From positions 4,340,001 through 4,404,000 of the forward strand of contig OX337228.1 in NCBI GenBank assembly GCA_946965045.2: 64,000 nucleotides of DNA, written 5' to 3'. The notes under the pieces are model-generated. The model saw nothing but the letters and a program-made list of their open reading frames with translations, had not been told where the DNA came from and searched no databases. Shown here in pieces: positions 44,290 to 56,279 of the stretch (its first letter is position 1; every line of letters starts with the position of its first letter). Origin of the DNA: Epithemia pelagica. Taxonomy: Eukaryota > Protista > Bacillariophyta. The position numbers and the translations under genes are program-made.

Positions 44290-44785
44290 ACAACCTTGAA
44301 TCGCAACCTATATCCCCCGTTGTTCGCGATGCACGTGCAAACAGTAGAGTTAAATCTATGTAGGTAGATCGTATTCCAACAAGTCCATAATGTTGTATAT
44401 GCAAAGCAAAATTGAGAGCGGTCGTATGTTAAAGGTATCGTGATGAAGTCTCTAGGTATTAGGAGTATAACTAGTTGACGATGGTGCCGTTATAGCTACC
44501 ATATTGAGTATTGAGACTATTTTGTGGTCTGGTAATAAGTGGACATACTCATTCCCGCCACCAGAGTTTGGTCTTGATCCTCTAAACACTGATGGGCTTG
44601 CGTGGGATCACTCCCATCAGCGCACGCCGAGTTCATCAATGTTTTGGCGAACACAATACTCACACTCCAATCATCCACCGGTTCTGGAATCAAAAAGCAA
44701 ACTTGTTGATATCGAACGAAAAGGTAGAAAAGGGCAAACCGAATAATAGAACAGATAAAAGCATTGGATACTTCCTTCAAATACC

Positions 44786-47653
44786 ATGGGAATCTTTAAG
44801 AAGTCCAACAAAGGATATCGGGTTACGGATGACGACAAGAATGGAGCTCAACAACAGCAACACATTCTCGACATCAAACACACAGAGAACAACAGCAAAG
44901 TCGTCCCTCCTGGACTCGTATCGCCCAAAGTGAAGCAGGGATTCTTTAAATCACATACCAAACGAGTCAAGAAGAGAAAGAACAACTTTCAGCGTCTAAG
45001 CACATCGTGTTCCACACCGTTGAACGCCTACGAGCCACCCGGAAAAGAAATGTTCTTTGCTGAAGACACGAATCCAAGTCCAAAAGAAGGAGAAGTGGAT
45101 GCATCAGAACTTTCAACAGCCTGCGTGATGCTGGAAGACTTGTCTCCCTCTTCTTCAGCTCAAAAGACTGAAAACACGGAACAAGAAAACGAGGCATTGA
45201 CATCGAATAATATAACAGTTCGCAAATCCAAAGGCCCGAAAGAACTTGGATTGCTGAAAAATAAAATTCCGGCTATAAAAAAGGAACTGAAGAAGCCAGT
45301 TCCTGCGAGGCGTTTCCAGCGACTCGCGGACGAGGAATCCATACTTGGAAGTCCGGCCCCAAAGCTCAAGAGTCATATTCTCTACCGTGCTCCTCCTCCC
45401 TCCATGTACGAGGACAGAGAGACTTTTGATTCGACCCCATCGGATGATCAAACGACATCAACGGCCCAAGAATATGAGCCACCTAACTTTGTCCATCCAA
45501 CTGTCCACCCTACTCTCCACCATCCAATTCCCTCTGACATTTCGGACAGTTCCAGCAGTAGCCAGAGCAAGATGACCAACACCATTGATGTTGTCGATAG
45601 TGGCATTTCACTCACCGAAACACACTCTACGCAGCTCGAAAGCGCTTCGACGTCGTCGTCGTCTTCGACTTCCTCGAATTCTCAAGATGCAGCAGGTAGT
45701 AAGGGAAAATTCAGCGACCGTGGAAGTTTGGAATTCCGCCAGTTTGTCTTTGACAAGCAGTTCAGCAAAATTGAAACTGTTTCCGTGGAGAAGAGCAATA
45801 GCGAAGTTGGTGATCCGTTTCTCTCGGCGGCAGCAGAATTAACATCGAAACTTCAGGCCACAGTCATTGATCGATATGCTACAACAGCCCCCCGAGGTGG
45901 CAACAAGCAGTCCACAGTTCGACTGTCAATAGCATCAGAGTCATCGCGGTTTCCTTCACCAAAATTCCCGTCTCCGGAACCTCCAAAACAGACTGCGACC
46001 CAGACCCAGTCACAGTACGGTCAGTTCCCCAAGAGATCGAGCGGTTTGAATAAAGTGTCAGATGATCATAGCGAAGATATTGGAGCTCGAGAGCAACCAA
46101 AGAGTACCATCGTGGGTGTCCCTCCAAGAGCCATCCTTACGTCGTCCGAGTTCACGGTAGTCAGCAATATGTCTGCCACGCACGCCACCGCTGAAAGCCA
46201 TGACAGAACCGAGAAATATTCTTCGTATGAGCCGACAACTGTCATTCCTGAAGGAAGAGAGCAAGCCGAGGAAGATCCATTCAATGTTGGAACAGACGTC
46301 GACGATACGCTGTGGGACGACACTTCCGATGAACACCCGTTCAGTGTTGCTGATAAGGCCAAATTAAAATATCAAGGTGGTGGACTGAAAAAGGCTAGCA
46401 GCGTTGACGATGCCTTGATTGCATCCATACGAAATGCCACCAAACGGGAAAACGCTCCATTATCGAAAAAACCAGATCCATCACCTCGAGCCATGAAAAC
46501 AACAAAATCGGAGGGCGGATCCGCGCACAAAGGAGGGAAGAAATGGATTTTCGAATCATCGACAGAACAAGCCCGCGATCGATCCTCCAAGAAAAAACGA
46601 ACTCCTCTGAAGCCACTGGAAGGAGTAGGAGCAACAGCAGCTACTGCTGCAGTTGGTTCTTCTCCTCGAAGAGCGTTGTTCTCAAGTCCCGAAGAGGACT
46701 CATTGCCTCCAGTGTCGGGTGAGATGGACAAGCCTACAAACGAGAATGAGGTGTATGGAATGACAAGTCCAGCGTCTGCCTGTTCTTCCTCTTATACCTA
46801 CTCTGTCAGTGAACAGGAGCCGGAAATTGAAGGTGATCGAAAGTTGTTTGGGCAATCAACATTGCAAGACCATTTTTATAGAGACTCACAGCAAGGACAG
46901 CGAAAACAACAACAACGGACGCAATATCTTCGCAATGGAGGATTAAGAGAAATGATGTCTCCCACGGAGATTCCAGGCAAGCGTTCTTCCAAGGCTGCTC
47001 ACCAGTTTGCCACACGTATGCAGAGTCGTGCCGAATCATTCGTTCAGCCCTCCAGTCATGGACAATTCGGATTCTCGTCCAAGAGAAATTATCTCCATCC
47101 TTCTTTAGCGGTAGTAATGGAGCCTGGTGAATCGTCCAGGGATCTTGACAGTCAAAGTATGGAAGAACAGGAAGACGCTGAAATTTACACGTCCTTGTCG
47201 TCCTCTTCGAAGAGCGGTCCCGAGGGCGAACGAGACACGGAACCGCTGGTGAAGAAATCTAACGATCAGAGTCAGAGGAATCCATGGCAAAGAATGGTGC
47301 CTACCGAGAGCGCGGAAAAGAGCATCCATTCCAACCCTTCTGGAGTCCCGATGAGTGCCATTGCAGCCTCAATGTTGTTCCATTCCAATCCCACCGAAAG
47401 TACACGAACATTGGCAGTCAAGGAAGTGGAGGAACAGCTGGAGGATGGAGTCGACGAGGATTTGCCTGATGTCCCTCCAGCCGTTCATGTGACGGATTCG
47501 TTGGATGCCGTTTCGAGTATCACGGAAGAAGCAAGCTCGTTTTATCACAAGAGCTTCCAGTTATGGAGCAAGACGGCTCACAATGCGCTCAACAACATTC
47601 AACGCGGAGCCACATTCCACCGGGCGCCCCACAACTATCGTGCGCAAAGCTAG
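44786..47653 (+). CDS. Uncharacterised 955-aa Ser/Glu/Lys-rich, largely disordered protein
   Basis: 2.9-kb ATG-initiated ORF; no domain recognised. Confidence 0.75.
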   Translation: MGIFKKSNKGYRVTDDDKNGAQQQQHILDIKHTENNSKVVPPGLVSPKVKQGFFKSHTKRVKKRKNNFQRLSTSCSTPLNAYEPPGKEMFFAEDTNPSPKEGEVDASELSTACVMLEDLSPSSSAQKTENTEQENEALTSNNITVRKSKGPKELGLLKNKIPAIKKELKKPVPARRFQRLADEESILGSPAPKLKSHILYRAPPPSMYEDRETFDSTPSDDQTTSTAQEYEPPNFVHPTVHPTLHHPIPSDISDSSSSSQSKMTNTIDVVDSGISLTETHSTQLESASTSSSSSTSSNSQDAAGSKGKFSDRGSLEFRQFVFDKQFSKIETVSVEKSNSEVGDPFLSAAAELTSKLQATVIDRYATTAPRGGNKQSTVRLSIASESSRFPSPKFPSPEPPKQTATQTQSQYGQFPKRSSGLNKVSDDHSEDIGAREQPKSTIVGVPPRAILTSSEFTVVSNMSATHATAESHDRTEKYSSYEPTTVIPEGREQAEEDPFNVGTDVDDTLWDDTSDEHPFSVADKAKLKYQGGGLKKASSVDDALIASIRNATKRENAPLSKKPDPSPRAMKTTKSEGGSAHKGGKKWIFESSTEQARDRSSKKKRTPLKPLEGVGATAATAAVGSSPRRALFSSPEEDSLPPVSGEMDKPTNENEVYGMTSPASACSSSYTYSVSEQEPEIEGDRKLFGQSTLQDHFYRDSQQGQRKQQQRTQYLRNGGLREMMSPTEIPGKRSSKAAHQFATRMQSRAESFVQPSSHGQFGFSSKRNYLHPSLAVVMEPGESSRDLDSQSMEEQEDAEIYTSLSSSSKSGPEGERDTEPLVKKSNDQSQRNPWQRMVPTESAEKSIHSNPSGVPMSAIAASMLFHSNPTESTRTLAVKEVEEQLEDGVDEDLPDVPPAVHVTDSLDAVSSITEEASSFYHKSFQLWSKTAHNALNNIQRGATFHRAPHNYRAQS

Positions 47654-47885
47654 CCTCGGAGGCATAGCTCCTGGCGACCGACAACCTTTTGTTCCTTCTG
47701 GTTAGAGCAACGACTATATTTTAAACGGCACATCATACATTCATATATACATCCATGTGACACATTTGGGTAGACCACACCACAACGATCGCCCTTATGA
47801 GGACGATAACTGTTATTCCTATAAGTCACAGAACTAGTCCAAAGTTTAGCAGCACAGCACTATTACGAAACGACACGACATGATG

Positions 47886-49319
47886 TCACGATCTCCCTCT
47901 ACGACCCGTGGAAGCTGGACTACGACTCCGTGACCGACTACTACTGGACCGTGATCTTGATCGTCGTCGTCCTCTACGTCGATGTCCTCCTCCCCGTTCT
48001 CGACTGGAGGATCTGCTGCGACTTGGACTGCGATGACGACTACTGGCTGAACTGGCGGTGGAAGGGCTGCGTCGTCGTCGCGAGGATTGTGTGCGTTCCC
48101 GTCGTCGCGATCGGCTGGTATTGCTTTCGACACTGTCAGAACTCCAACTCCGTCGTCGTCGCCGTGGAGGTGGGGAACGAGAATCATTGCCATCCTCGTC
48201 ATCATGATCCGAATACGAGCCTGATCGGCGTCGTCGTGGTCCACGATAGGAGTGATCCGATCGACTACGCCGTCGAGAGTCATAGTAATCGTCGTCTTCA
48301 TCTGCATCATTGTCACCCCCATAAGCATCGTCCTTGTCTTCACGTCGCGAGGGTCGACGAGAACGATAATACGGATCATCTTCCTCATGGTCGTAGTAGC
48401 GAGGAGGACCGCGAGGTCGTCCCTCGCCTCGATACGGAGGAGGAGGCAAAGGACCACCACGACGACCACCATCATTGCGATGATGATGATGATGGTGGTG
48501 ATGATCATCGCGATGGCGATGATGTGGGCGGTCATAGGAGGAATTTTGGGGGCGATAGGAGCGACCGTATTCATCGTACAGTGGCGCAGGCGGTCGATGG
48601 TCGGCAGAATTGGAACGAGGAGGCGGACTGACCGAACGTGGTGGTGGTCCTCCATCATTTCGAGGAGGAACACCATTCATGGGAGCATGATAGCGGGGAC
48701 GAGCCGAGTCATTGTTGTACAAAGGATCGCGTGGATTGCGAGAGGGTGGGCGACTACCACCACTACTACTTGCCCCTCGATGAAAATTCCCACCATTGTT
48801 ATTTCGATGAGATCGAGAAGGTGGAACTTGTGCAGCAGCACGATGCTGTAATGGATTGGCATTCCGTTGTTGTTGCTGCTGCTGTGATTGTGGTTGTCGA
48901 TTGGCCGCGTCTTGAAGAAGTTCCTTCTTTTTGGCTTGTACTAATTTGGGTGGAATCCCTGCCGCAGATTCTTGCGCCTCCAAGAGCATTTCCCACAATT
49001 CCACAGAAAACTTGGCCGCTTCGGCATCCCCCAAGAAGGCAGCCAAGTCGACTTGGGCCTTGCGAGGATCCACTTCTACGGGCGGTCCATCTTCGACGGG
49101 TGTGGGCAAAAACAAATTGACGGCCGTCCGTTGCACAATTTCATCCTCAAATCCCAACAACTCGGTGATCCGCTGTTCAATCCACTGCGACACCACGGCC
49201 CGATTCACCTTTCCCACTTGTAATTTCTTGGAAAAGGAGGGAGGAAAACGAGTCGAGCGCAAGGTCTTGTTCATGGCGCGTCCATCCGATACGGACGCCG
49301 TCCCCCGAATCGACGGCAT
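47886..49319 (-). CDS. SRRM1: PWI-domain SR-rich splicing coactivator (SRm160-like)
   Basis: PWI domain (WIEQRITELLGFEDEIV...PRKAQVDLAAFL...FSVELWEMLLEAQ) plus RS-rich tail. Confidence 0.88.
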   Translation of the reverse strand: MPSIRGTASVSDGRAMNKTLRSTRFPPSFSKKLQVGKVNRAVVSQWIEQRITELLGFEDEIVQRTAVNLFLPTPVEDGPPVEVDPRKAQVDLAAFLGDAEAAKFSVELWEMLLEAQESAAGIPPKLVQAKKKELLQDAANRQPQSQQQQQQRNANPLQHRAAAQVPPSRSHRNNNGGNFHRGASSSGGSRPPSRNPRDPLYNNDSARPRYHAPMNGVPPRNDGGPPPRSVSPPPRSNSADHRPPAPLYDEYGRSYRPQNSSYDRPHHRHRDDHHHHHHHHRNDGGRRGGPLPPPPYRGEGRPRGPPRYYDHEEDDPYYRSRRPSRREDKDDAYGGDNDADEDDDYYDSRRRSRSDHSYRGPRRRRSGSYSDHDDEDGNDSRSPPPRRRRRSWSSDSVESNTSRSRRRERTQSSRRRRSPSTASSASSRHRSPSRSRSSSRERGGGHRRRGRRRSRSRSSSSRSRSRSPASTGRRGRS

Positions 49320-51268
49320 GTTGCACCGCGCTCTGCCAAACCAGGTAAACGACGAAAAGGCTCCCTCTCACCTGGACTAGAAAGAATGAGGGAATCACCA
49401 AGCAAATACCATGCAGACCTGTCCCAATCAAGGAAGCGTTGATGGATGGATATGGACGATGGACGGTCATTGTTCGTGTACTCGCGCGATCAACGTGGCG
49501 CCAACACACGCCACGTCATCATTAAGCCATAGGAGTAGTAGCCGAAGCACGAGTAGGTAGTTTCTAGGTACTCCTCTCTCAACAAGGAGTATTACTACAT
49601 GCGATATGTTCCAGTTCTTCCAGTTCAATGGTATTACCTTCTCGACAATGGCGCTCCAAAACACAAGTCCTTCGTTGATGACGGTAACTTTTCCTTGATC
49701 GAAGACCTCTAGAGCTTCTATCTAGCAACAGAGTAACCTTTGAGACCATGAGAAGAGATTCCAATCCATAACCTTGGATAAAGTTCAGAGAGTTGTTTCG
49801 ACAATATCAACAAGAACAACAGAAGAGTAGAGAAGGAAGGACATCTCTAGTAGGTAGAGCATTCCCTCTACTAGCTCTCTAGACGCTAGACCATTTCTGA
49901 GGAGGAACTCCAATCCACGAGCCGTTGCGAGTTTGTCATTCCCGACCAGACTTTCTGGAACAGGGAGAAGAGTGAAGGTACACTTGAAACTTGAAACATA
50001 ACTTGCTGGTGCGCGTTCTAAAACAGAAGTGTGTTTGACTGTTTTTTACAATCCTAGGATGCCATGTCTAGGTAGATCTTTCCCTGAGTTACAGGATGAC
50101 ACGGCGACATCACACAGTGCCGTGGTGTTTTCCACTCGACATAATACTCGTATAACAAATCCTTAGTAGATCACCGGAGAAGTTCCACAAGTCTGCACGC
50201 CAATTCTGAATTCTCGCCTACGTATACTTTGTCTCAACCATTCCACCATCTTTTTCTCAATTCGGCGGCGCGTGATCGATCCATCGTCACCGTTCGAAGT
50301 TGGAACATCTGCCGCTCTCTTTCTCACTCGCTCTATTCGATCGTGCCGCCGCCCCTTGTATGCGGACCGCGGACGCAGGCATCCGGAACCATCAAGGTGA
50401 ATCAAGTCCATTGAAACATCAGACGGTGGTGAATACCCATCCTTCCGTTGCGCAATTCTCTTTTGTTTTTTTGAGGTGATTTTGAAATTTATTGAATGAA
50501 AGATTGGCGGGGTTCTCGAACTATGGGGGACAGTAGACCAAAGAGTAGAAAGGTAGTTGAGGTGATACACGCGTGTTTGGATTTATCGTGGGAGTTCCGT
50601 CGATCCGTGTATGGGCGGGCTCTGTATCGTGCGAATTGCCTTGACTCGGGAATGGATGTGACGGTTTGCGTCGATGCGTCACGCCTGCCAATGCTCTCTC
50701 CAGGGACAGACGAGCTCGTTCCAATCTCTTTCAAACGTTTTCAAACAGCCAAACTTTGCCGCAAGCCGCGGCATCGGATCAAAAATGCTTAAGTATTGGG
50801 ATGACGGGCGTTCCACATGCTATGGAGCGAGCGGAAAGAGCACACACTCAGGGGAATGGCGCATCCAAAACAAGACATAAAATCTCGTTGGTTTGTCATT
50901 TTGATGGCTTGTGTGTAGCTCGTCTCTTTGAGTCTGGTGGACTTGTTATTACGATTCTTCGTCTTTCACGTGAAGCTCCCCGCGACACATCCAGTGGGAT
51001 CGTCGCAAGCCCTTCACTTTCCTGGAAAGCGCACACAATTTCGTTGCGGAAGTATTTCACCTCTCTGGCACCGCCGTTCACTGCTGCGGTCGTGCTTCCG
51101 ATCCAAGACCGTCCAAGTCTCTCACAACGTTCTGAACGTGCGGAACCAGCACCTCTACCCTATCCAGCTCCGTCGACTCCCTTGCTCTGCTCGTTTCTCG
51201 CCCTGGGTGTGCTTTGGATTGTGTTGGTTGGAAATCGACCGAAATTGAGGAAACTGTCTACTACAAAC

Positions 51269-53833
51269 ATGAGGTCATACAAACAACAACGCGAATCCAG
51301 TGATCGAGCTCAATCTTCGATTCTCTCAAGAGCCGCTGGTCCCAAATCTGCCAAGATGAATCATCAACTACCCCCAATGAATCCTAATAACAGCCGGATG
51401 GAACGGTGTGCGTCACCATCGAGCGATGGCAAGTTGGTCAAACGAGCCGTGTCACCTCCGACCACGTCCTCTGCCACTGGAGCCTTGCTTTCCCTGTCCA
51501 AACTGCTGACCCCTTCTCCCTCGGGCAAGAACAATAACAACAAGAGACAGTCCAATCCCACCTTGATTACCATGCTCAACAACAAGGGTGTCATTTACAT
51601 TCAACGCCGGCAATACGCCCAGGCCAAAAAGTCGTTGAGTCGAGCATTGCGCATTGCCGAGAAGTCAGAGCCCGACTCGTACTTCTCCTTGCGACGAGGT
51701 CGTGGACGACGACTCAAATCACAAAACAGTCAAGAACTCAGTAGCAGCGACGAATCCTGCGGAACGGAACCTACCGAGTTATCCGAATCCTCTTCCTCCT
51801 TGGAGGAAACCTTGATTCGCGAGAGCTTTCCAGATATCACCAAAATTATTGACGACAGCGACACTACTTGCAGTGACCAATGCTTTCAAGAAGATATGGA
51901 TGTCCCTCGACCAACCACCAGCTTTGGTGAATGGTCTGGAGCCGTGGTGCAGACAGCCATGTCCTCTTTGTCTCTCTTTTCTTCGTCTCGAGATTCCGAC
52001 TCTTCGATGGGAGGTGAAGGAAGCAGTGGTAACGGTACACCTGCGCCGTTTAAACACCGAGCCGAGTACGATGAAGGCATGGATTACTTTCGCAGTCCCT
52101 TGCGGCTCGAAGACTCGTCCCAAAATATGGACACTACCATTCTCTTCAACCTGGCGCGTGTTCATCATAACCAAGGAAATTTTGACGAAGCCTTGGTTTT
52201 GTACAAGCGATCCCTTCATGCCTTGGAAAGTTGTCAGCTCGACGAAAATGTCCTGGCATTGGCCATTCTGTTTGGTATCGGACAAATCCAATATGTTCGT
52301 GGGGATCACTCCGACTCCCTGAATACCTACAACACGGCCCTCAATTTGGCCAAGACCAAACTGGGACCCGAGTCCTTGGAGGTGGCTGCCTGTATGAACT
52401 GCATTGGAGTTTTGCATTACATTATGCCCAAGGGATCGGCCGATGTGGCCCTGGGTCACCTCAAGGCGAGCATTCGCTTGCGCAAACAACAACTCGGCGA
52501 CAGCCACATTGACGTTGGTACCACTTGGAACAATGTCGGTCGTATCTACTTTCAACAAGCCAAGTACGAAAAAGCCATGGATGCGTACCGAAGAGCCCTC
52601 CGGATACGGCGACAAGAACAAGGAGATTCCGTGGACGTGGCTGCCACCATCTTTAACATTGGACAAGTCTTTCATCAACAAGGGGAACGGGAACGAGCTC
52701 TCAGACATTATCAAGAATTCCTTCGACTGGCCAAGACACACTTTGGAGAGTATCATAGAGATATCTGCATTGTCACCACGTGTATTGGACAAGTCTTGCA
52801 TGAAAAGAAGGATTTTAAGAAAGCACTCAAGGCCTTTCAACATGCTCTCCGCGTTGGTCGGGTGTCACTCGGATCACTACACCCTGAAATTGCAATTACC
52901 CTCAATAAGTTGGGTAACTTGCATTACGAATCGGGAGATTTGGATTCTGCGCTCAAGGCTTACCATGACGGCCTCGAAGTGGAGTTGTCGGTTCTTGACC
53001 CAGGCAATCCCAACATTTGTGTCACCTACACGAACATTGCCGAAATCCACAAGCAACGGGCAGAATATGACAATGCGTTGGATAACTATTGCAAAGTTTT
53101 GGAGCTTCAACGGAAGCACTGCAATAATCCACTCGACATTGCCAATACGTTGAGCAGCATTGGGTATGTGCGACACCAAAAGGGTGATTATCAAGGAGCC
53201 ATGGACGTAAATCAAGAGTGCTTGCGACTCCGACGCGAAGTCAAGGGAGACATTGACGAAGATGTCGCAGCCACCTTGACACATATTGCTCTTGTGCTTC
53301 TGAAAATGGAAATGCATGACATGGCCCTTGAAGTGCTCACAGAAGCCTACAGGATTCGAACCAAGCTCAGTTCTAAAGAGAACCGTGACATTGCCTTTAC
53401 ACTGTACAACATTGCTCTGATCTATCATCATCAAGGAAGCCACGAGCGATCTTTGCAATTCTATCTCGAAACAGCCCGGGTCGAGAAAGCAGCGTTGGGT
53501 GTTGCTCACCGGGACTTGTCCATCACATACTACAACATTGGCCAGATTTACTACCAACGTGGAGATATGGACTTGGCTCTAGAAAACTTCCATCAGGCAC
53601 TATCAATTGAACGCGAATGTTTTGGGGAAAGCCACCCCACGTGTGCGCGCACATTGAACGAAATTGGAAACATTAACCTTCAACTCGGCAATGTCGAGGC
53701 CATGATGTCCGCCTACACAGAGGCCTTGCGCATTTACCGAGAGGCGGGTGTCAATGATGACCATTTGATCATTTATGGTCGATCGCTATGGAGATTTGAA
53801 TGCGTACAGCCTGAAGCAGCAGGAGCGGCATGA
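51269..53833 (+). CDS. TPR-repeat protein (kinesin light chain/nephrocystin-3-like repeats)
   Basis: About a dozen 42-aa repeats (TWNNVGRIY..., TLNKLGNLH..., TYYNIGQIY...) after a Ser-rich N-terminus. Likely ATG at 51269. Confidence 0.88.
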   Translation: MRSYKQQRESSDRAQSSILSRAAGPKSAKMNHQLPPMNPNNSRMERCASPSSDGKLVKRAVSPPTTSSATGALLSLSKLLTPSPSGKNNNNKRQSNPTLITMLNNKGVIYIQRRQYAQAKKSLSRALRIAEKSEPDSYFSLRRGRGRRLKSQNSQELSSSDESCGTEPTELSESSSSLEETLIRESFPDITKIIDDSDTTCSDQCFQEDMDVPRPTTSFGEWSGAVVQTAMSSLSLFSSSRDSDSSMGGEGSSGNGTPAPFKHRAEYDEGMDYFRSPLRLEDSSQNMDTTILFNLARVHHNQGNFDEALVLYKRSLHALESCQLDENVLALAILFGIGQIQYVRGDHSDSLNTYNTALNLAKTKLGPESLEVAACMNCIGVLHYIMPKGSADVALGHLKASIRLRKQQLGDSHIDVGTTWNNVGRIYFQQAKYEKAMDAYRRALRIRRQEQGDSVDVAATIFNIGQVFHQQGERERALRHYQEFLRLAKTHFGEYHRDICIVTTCIGQVLHEKKDFKKALKAFQHALRVGRVSLGSLHPEIAITLNKLGNLHYESGDLDSALKAYHDGLEVELSVLDPGNPNICVTYTNIAEIHKQRAEYDNALDNYCKVLELQRKHCNNPLDIANTLSSIGYVRHQKGDYQGAMDVNQECLRLRREVKGDIDEDVAATLTHIALVLLKMEMHDMALEVLTEAYRIRTKLSSKENRDIAFTLYNIALIYHHQGSHERSLQFYLETARVEKAALGVAHRDLSITYYNIGQIYYQRGDMDLALENFHQALSIERECFGESHPTCARTLNEIGNINLQLGNVEAMMSAYTEALRIYREAGVNDDHLIIYGRSLWRFECVQPEAAGAA

Positions 53834-54228
53834 TCGCATTCGCCAACTCTCAGTTTTCTTCAGATGCAGCTGTGGCCGCTTGGCAAACGTCATTCTTGCC
53901 TTATTCGTCCGCTGTTTTTAGGAGTAGTAAAAAGCCGCTATAATGTTAGTCAGACTTTTTACAAATACACCGATTTCCGATAGCATCGATGTGAAAGCAT
54001 CATCAAACTCTCTACCTCTACCTAGGCCGAGGAGTCTTGCCATGATGTACGATGTCGGACATAGACAAGGTAGCCCGAAGGTACGCACTCGCGTCATCAA
54101 ACGCCGTAAAAGATAGGGTGTACAATACTCCACCCTCCTCCAACCAAAGATCATTGGACAATTGCTTGTCCACTCCCAAAATTGAACCGTTCGCTGCTCA
54201 AGAGATCAACAAAGTCGACCATATAACC

Positions 54229-55765
54229 ATGCCACCGAAAGGAAAGAAGAAGGAGGGCGAGGACATGGGGTTTATGCGAGCCGCTCGTTTTGGCCGTGTC
54301 AAAAATACTCTGTCCATGGGATTTGGTACGTAGCTGCCGTCGTCGCGAGATCAGTTTAGCAGTAACTAGACACGCACTAACTCTTTCGTTTCATATCCTT
54401 TGAAATCTCTTCGTTTATGTCAAATGATCACGTCAGTCGGATTGCCAAATGTAGGAAAAAGTAGTCTGACAAATCTGCTTGCCGGTGCGTCTCACGCCGA
54501 AGCGGCGAACTATCCGTTTTGTACCATTGATCCAAATGTGGTCCAGTGTATCGTTCCGGATCAGAAATTTCGCTACCTGGTAGACGTTTTCAAGCCAGGG
54601 AGTGTAGTACCCGCTGTTCTCAAAGTTACGGACATTGCCGGACTCATTCGTGGGGCGTCCGAGGGTGCAGGTCTAGGAAATGCCTTTCTCAGTCATATTG
54701 CTGCTGTGGATGGTATTTTTCATTTGATCAGAGCATTTGATTCCGAAGAAGTAATTCACGTCGATGACTCAGTGGATCCCATTCGTGATTTGGAAACAAT
54801 CCAGGGAGAGCTTTGTGCCAAAGACCGTGATTCATTGGAGGGTGTCATGGACCGTGAAAAAGATAGAGTACGAAAAGAAAAGGGACTCTCTAGAGTTGCT
54901 GAAGTTCCTTTGTCAGAAACATTTGTCGACGCTTACGAAAAATGCAAAAAACTCATTGAAGCCAATACCCCCGTACAAACCCATGAAGACTTCACAGCAG
55001 CTGAAGTCGAGATCATTCGCGACTGGGGATTGAGTGAGTGTTTGCCATTCTTTATGCCGTTATCTGTCTTCCTGTCGATTCTTACCCTTTGCCTCTTGTA
55101 AACCAAAACTAGTCACGACAAAACCTCAGATTTACGTTGTAAATTTGTCGCAAAAGAATTTCATTCGCAAAGGCTCCAAGTGGTTGCCCAAAATTGCTGA
55201 TTGGGTGAAGAGTCATGGTGGTGGCCAAATCATTCCAGTCTCTTGTGAATTTGAAGAAGCCCTCAGCGGCTTGAAAGAAACCCCAGATGCCCAAAAGGCG
55301 TTCTTGGAAGATTGCAATGAACAAGCGAAGGCGGCTGGTCTTAAGGGACCACAAGCGGAAGTCAGAACAATGATCCCCCGACTCATCCGTGCTGGACGAG
55401 CCGCTCTTTGTTTACAGTCGTTCTATACAGCTGGTCCCAAAGAAGTACGTGCATGGACCATCATGAAGGGAACCTTAGCACCACAAGCTGCAGGAGTTAT
55501 TCATACCGACTTTGAGAGAGGCTTTATCAAAGCGGAAGTGTGCAACTTTGACGATTTCAAAGAACTTCATGGAGGACAGGCGAGTATGGCAAAAGTAAAA
55601 GAAGCTGGAAAATATCGGCAAGAAGGAAAACAATACGTCATGCAGGAAGGAGATATTGGTACGTTTTTGTTGTTGTGAGCGTCGAGACGCCGTTCAATTC
55701 ATAGACTAACACTTTTTCTTTTAGTTGTGTTCATGCACAATGTGACTGCGTCGAAGAAGAAGTAG
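54229..55765 (+). CDS. OLA1: Obg-like ATPase (YchF/OLA1); exons 54229-54325, 54437-55033, 55113-55658, 55725-55765
   Basis: GLPNVGKS, NYPFCTIDPN, DIAGLIRGASEGAGLGNAFL, TKPQIY, TGS domain EVRAW..APQAAGVIHTDFERGF; three in-frame GT..AG introns. Confidence 0.96.
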
Positions 55766-56279
55766 GCAATGACTGAGGAAATGGTGTATTTGTCCAAGTA
55801 GTCTCTAATGTCTAAGGAATAGAATATTTATTTTAGAAGTGGAATGTCCCTTGTACAAAACAAGCCATGAGAATGAGATAAGAAAAGGTTCAAGGGATTT
55901 GGCTTGAAATTGACCGAGATGTACCAAACGCATAGGTCTATCTCCAAGTCTCTGTGTCTTTAAAGTCACCAAAATGTCAAAGGCGTTGTCACGCTTTGTT
56001 TTGGTAAATACGTCGAGTTGGATAGTATACTTGAAAACAGTGAAGAAATTGATGATTGAATCATTATATTGGCAGGAGTACGAGTGCTAAGTTGATGTAT
56101 TAAAATGAAGGGGATAATGTCGGAATACTTTCGATGGGCGGCATCTCGGCTCTCTTGTTGTGGCTGTGAGGTTACGTTTAATGTTGAGAGAATGGCACAG
56201 TTGTGTTCTGGAAAGCAACACAAGGGTCATGAGGGCTACCGAAGAGCTTGAGTGCTGCACCATGAAGGAGATTCTTTTG

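Noticed and set aside
19707-50060. CTAG-centred 10-12 bp palindromes (19707, 27027, 32845, 50051)
   Set aside because: About 4 such palindromes are expected by chance in 64 kb; there is no shared flank or TIR/TSD structure.
49380-50660. Short ORFs (for example 50163-50570) and small hairpins (about 49848-49885, 50100-50123) in the longest intergenic gap
   Set aside because: No protein, tRNA or snoRNA signature; 6-7 bp stems are at chance level.
50666-51268. N-terminal extensions of track ORFs starting at TTG/GTG/CTG (also 21833-25111, 32905, 61277, 10600)
   Set aside because: The track uses prokaryotic-style starts. In this eukaryote these segments are probably 5' UTR or promoter DNA.
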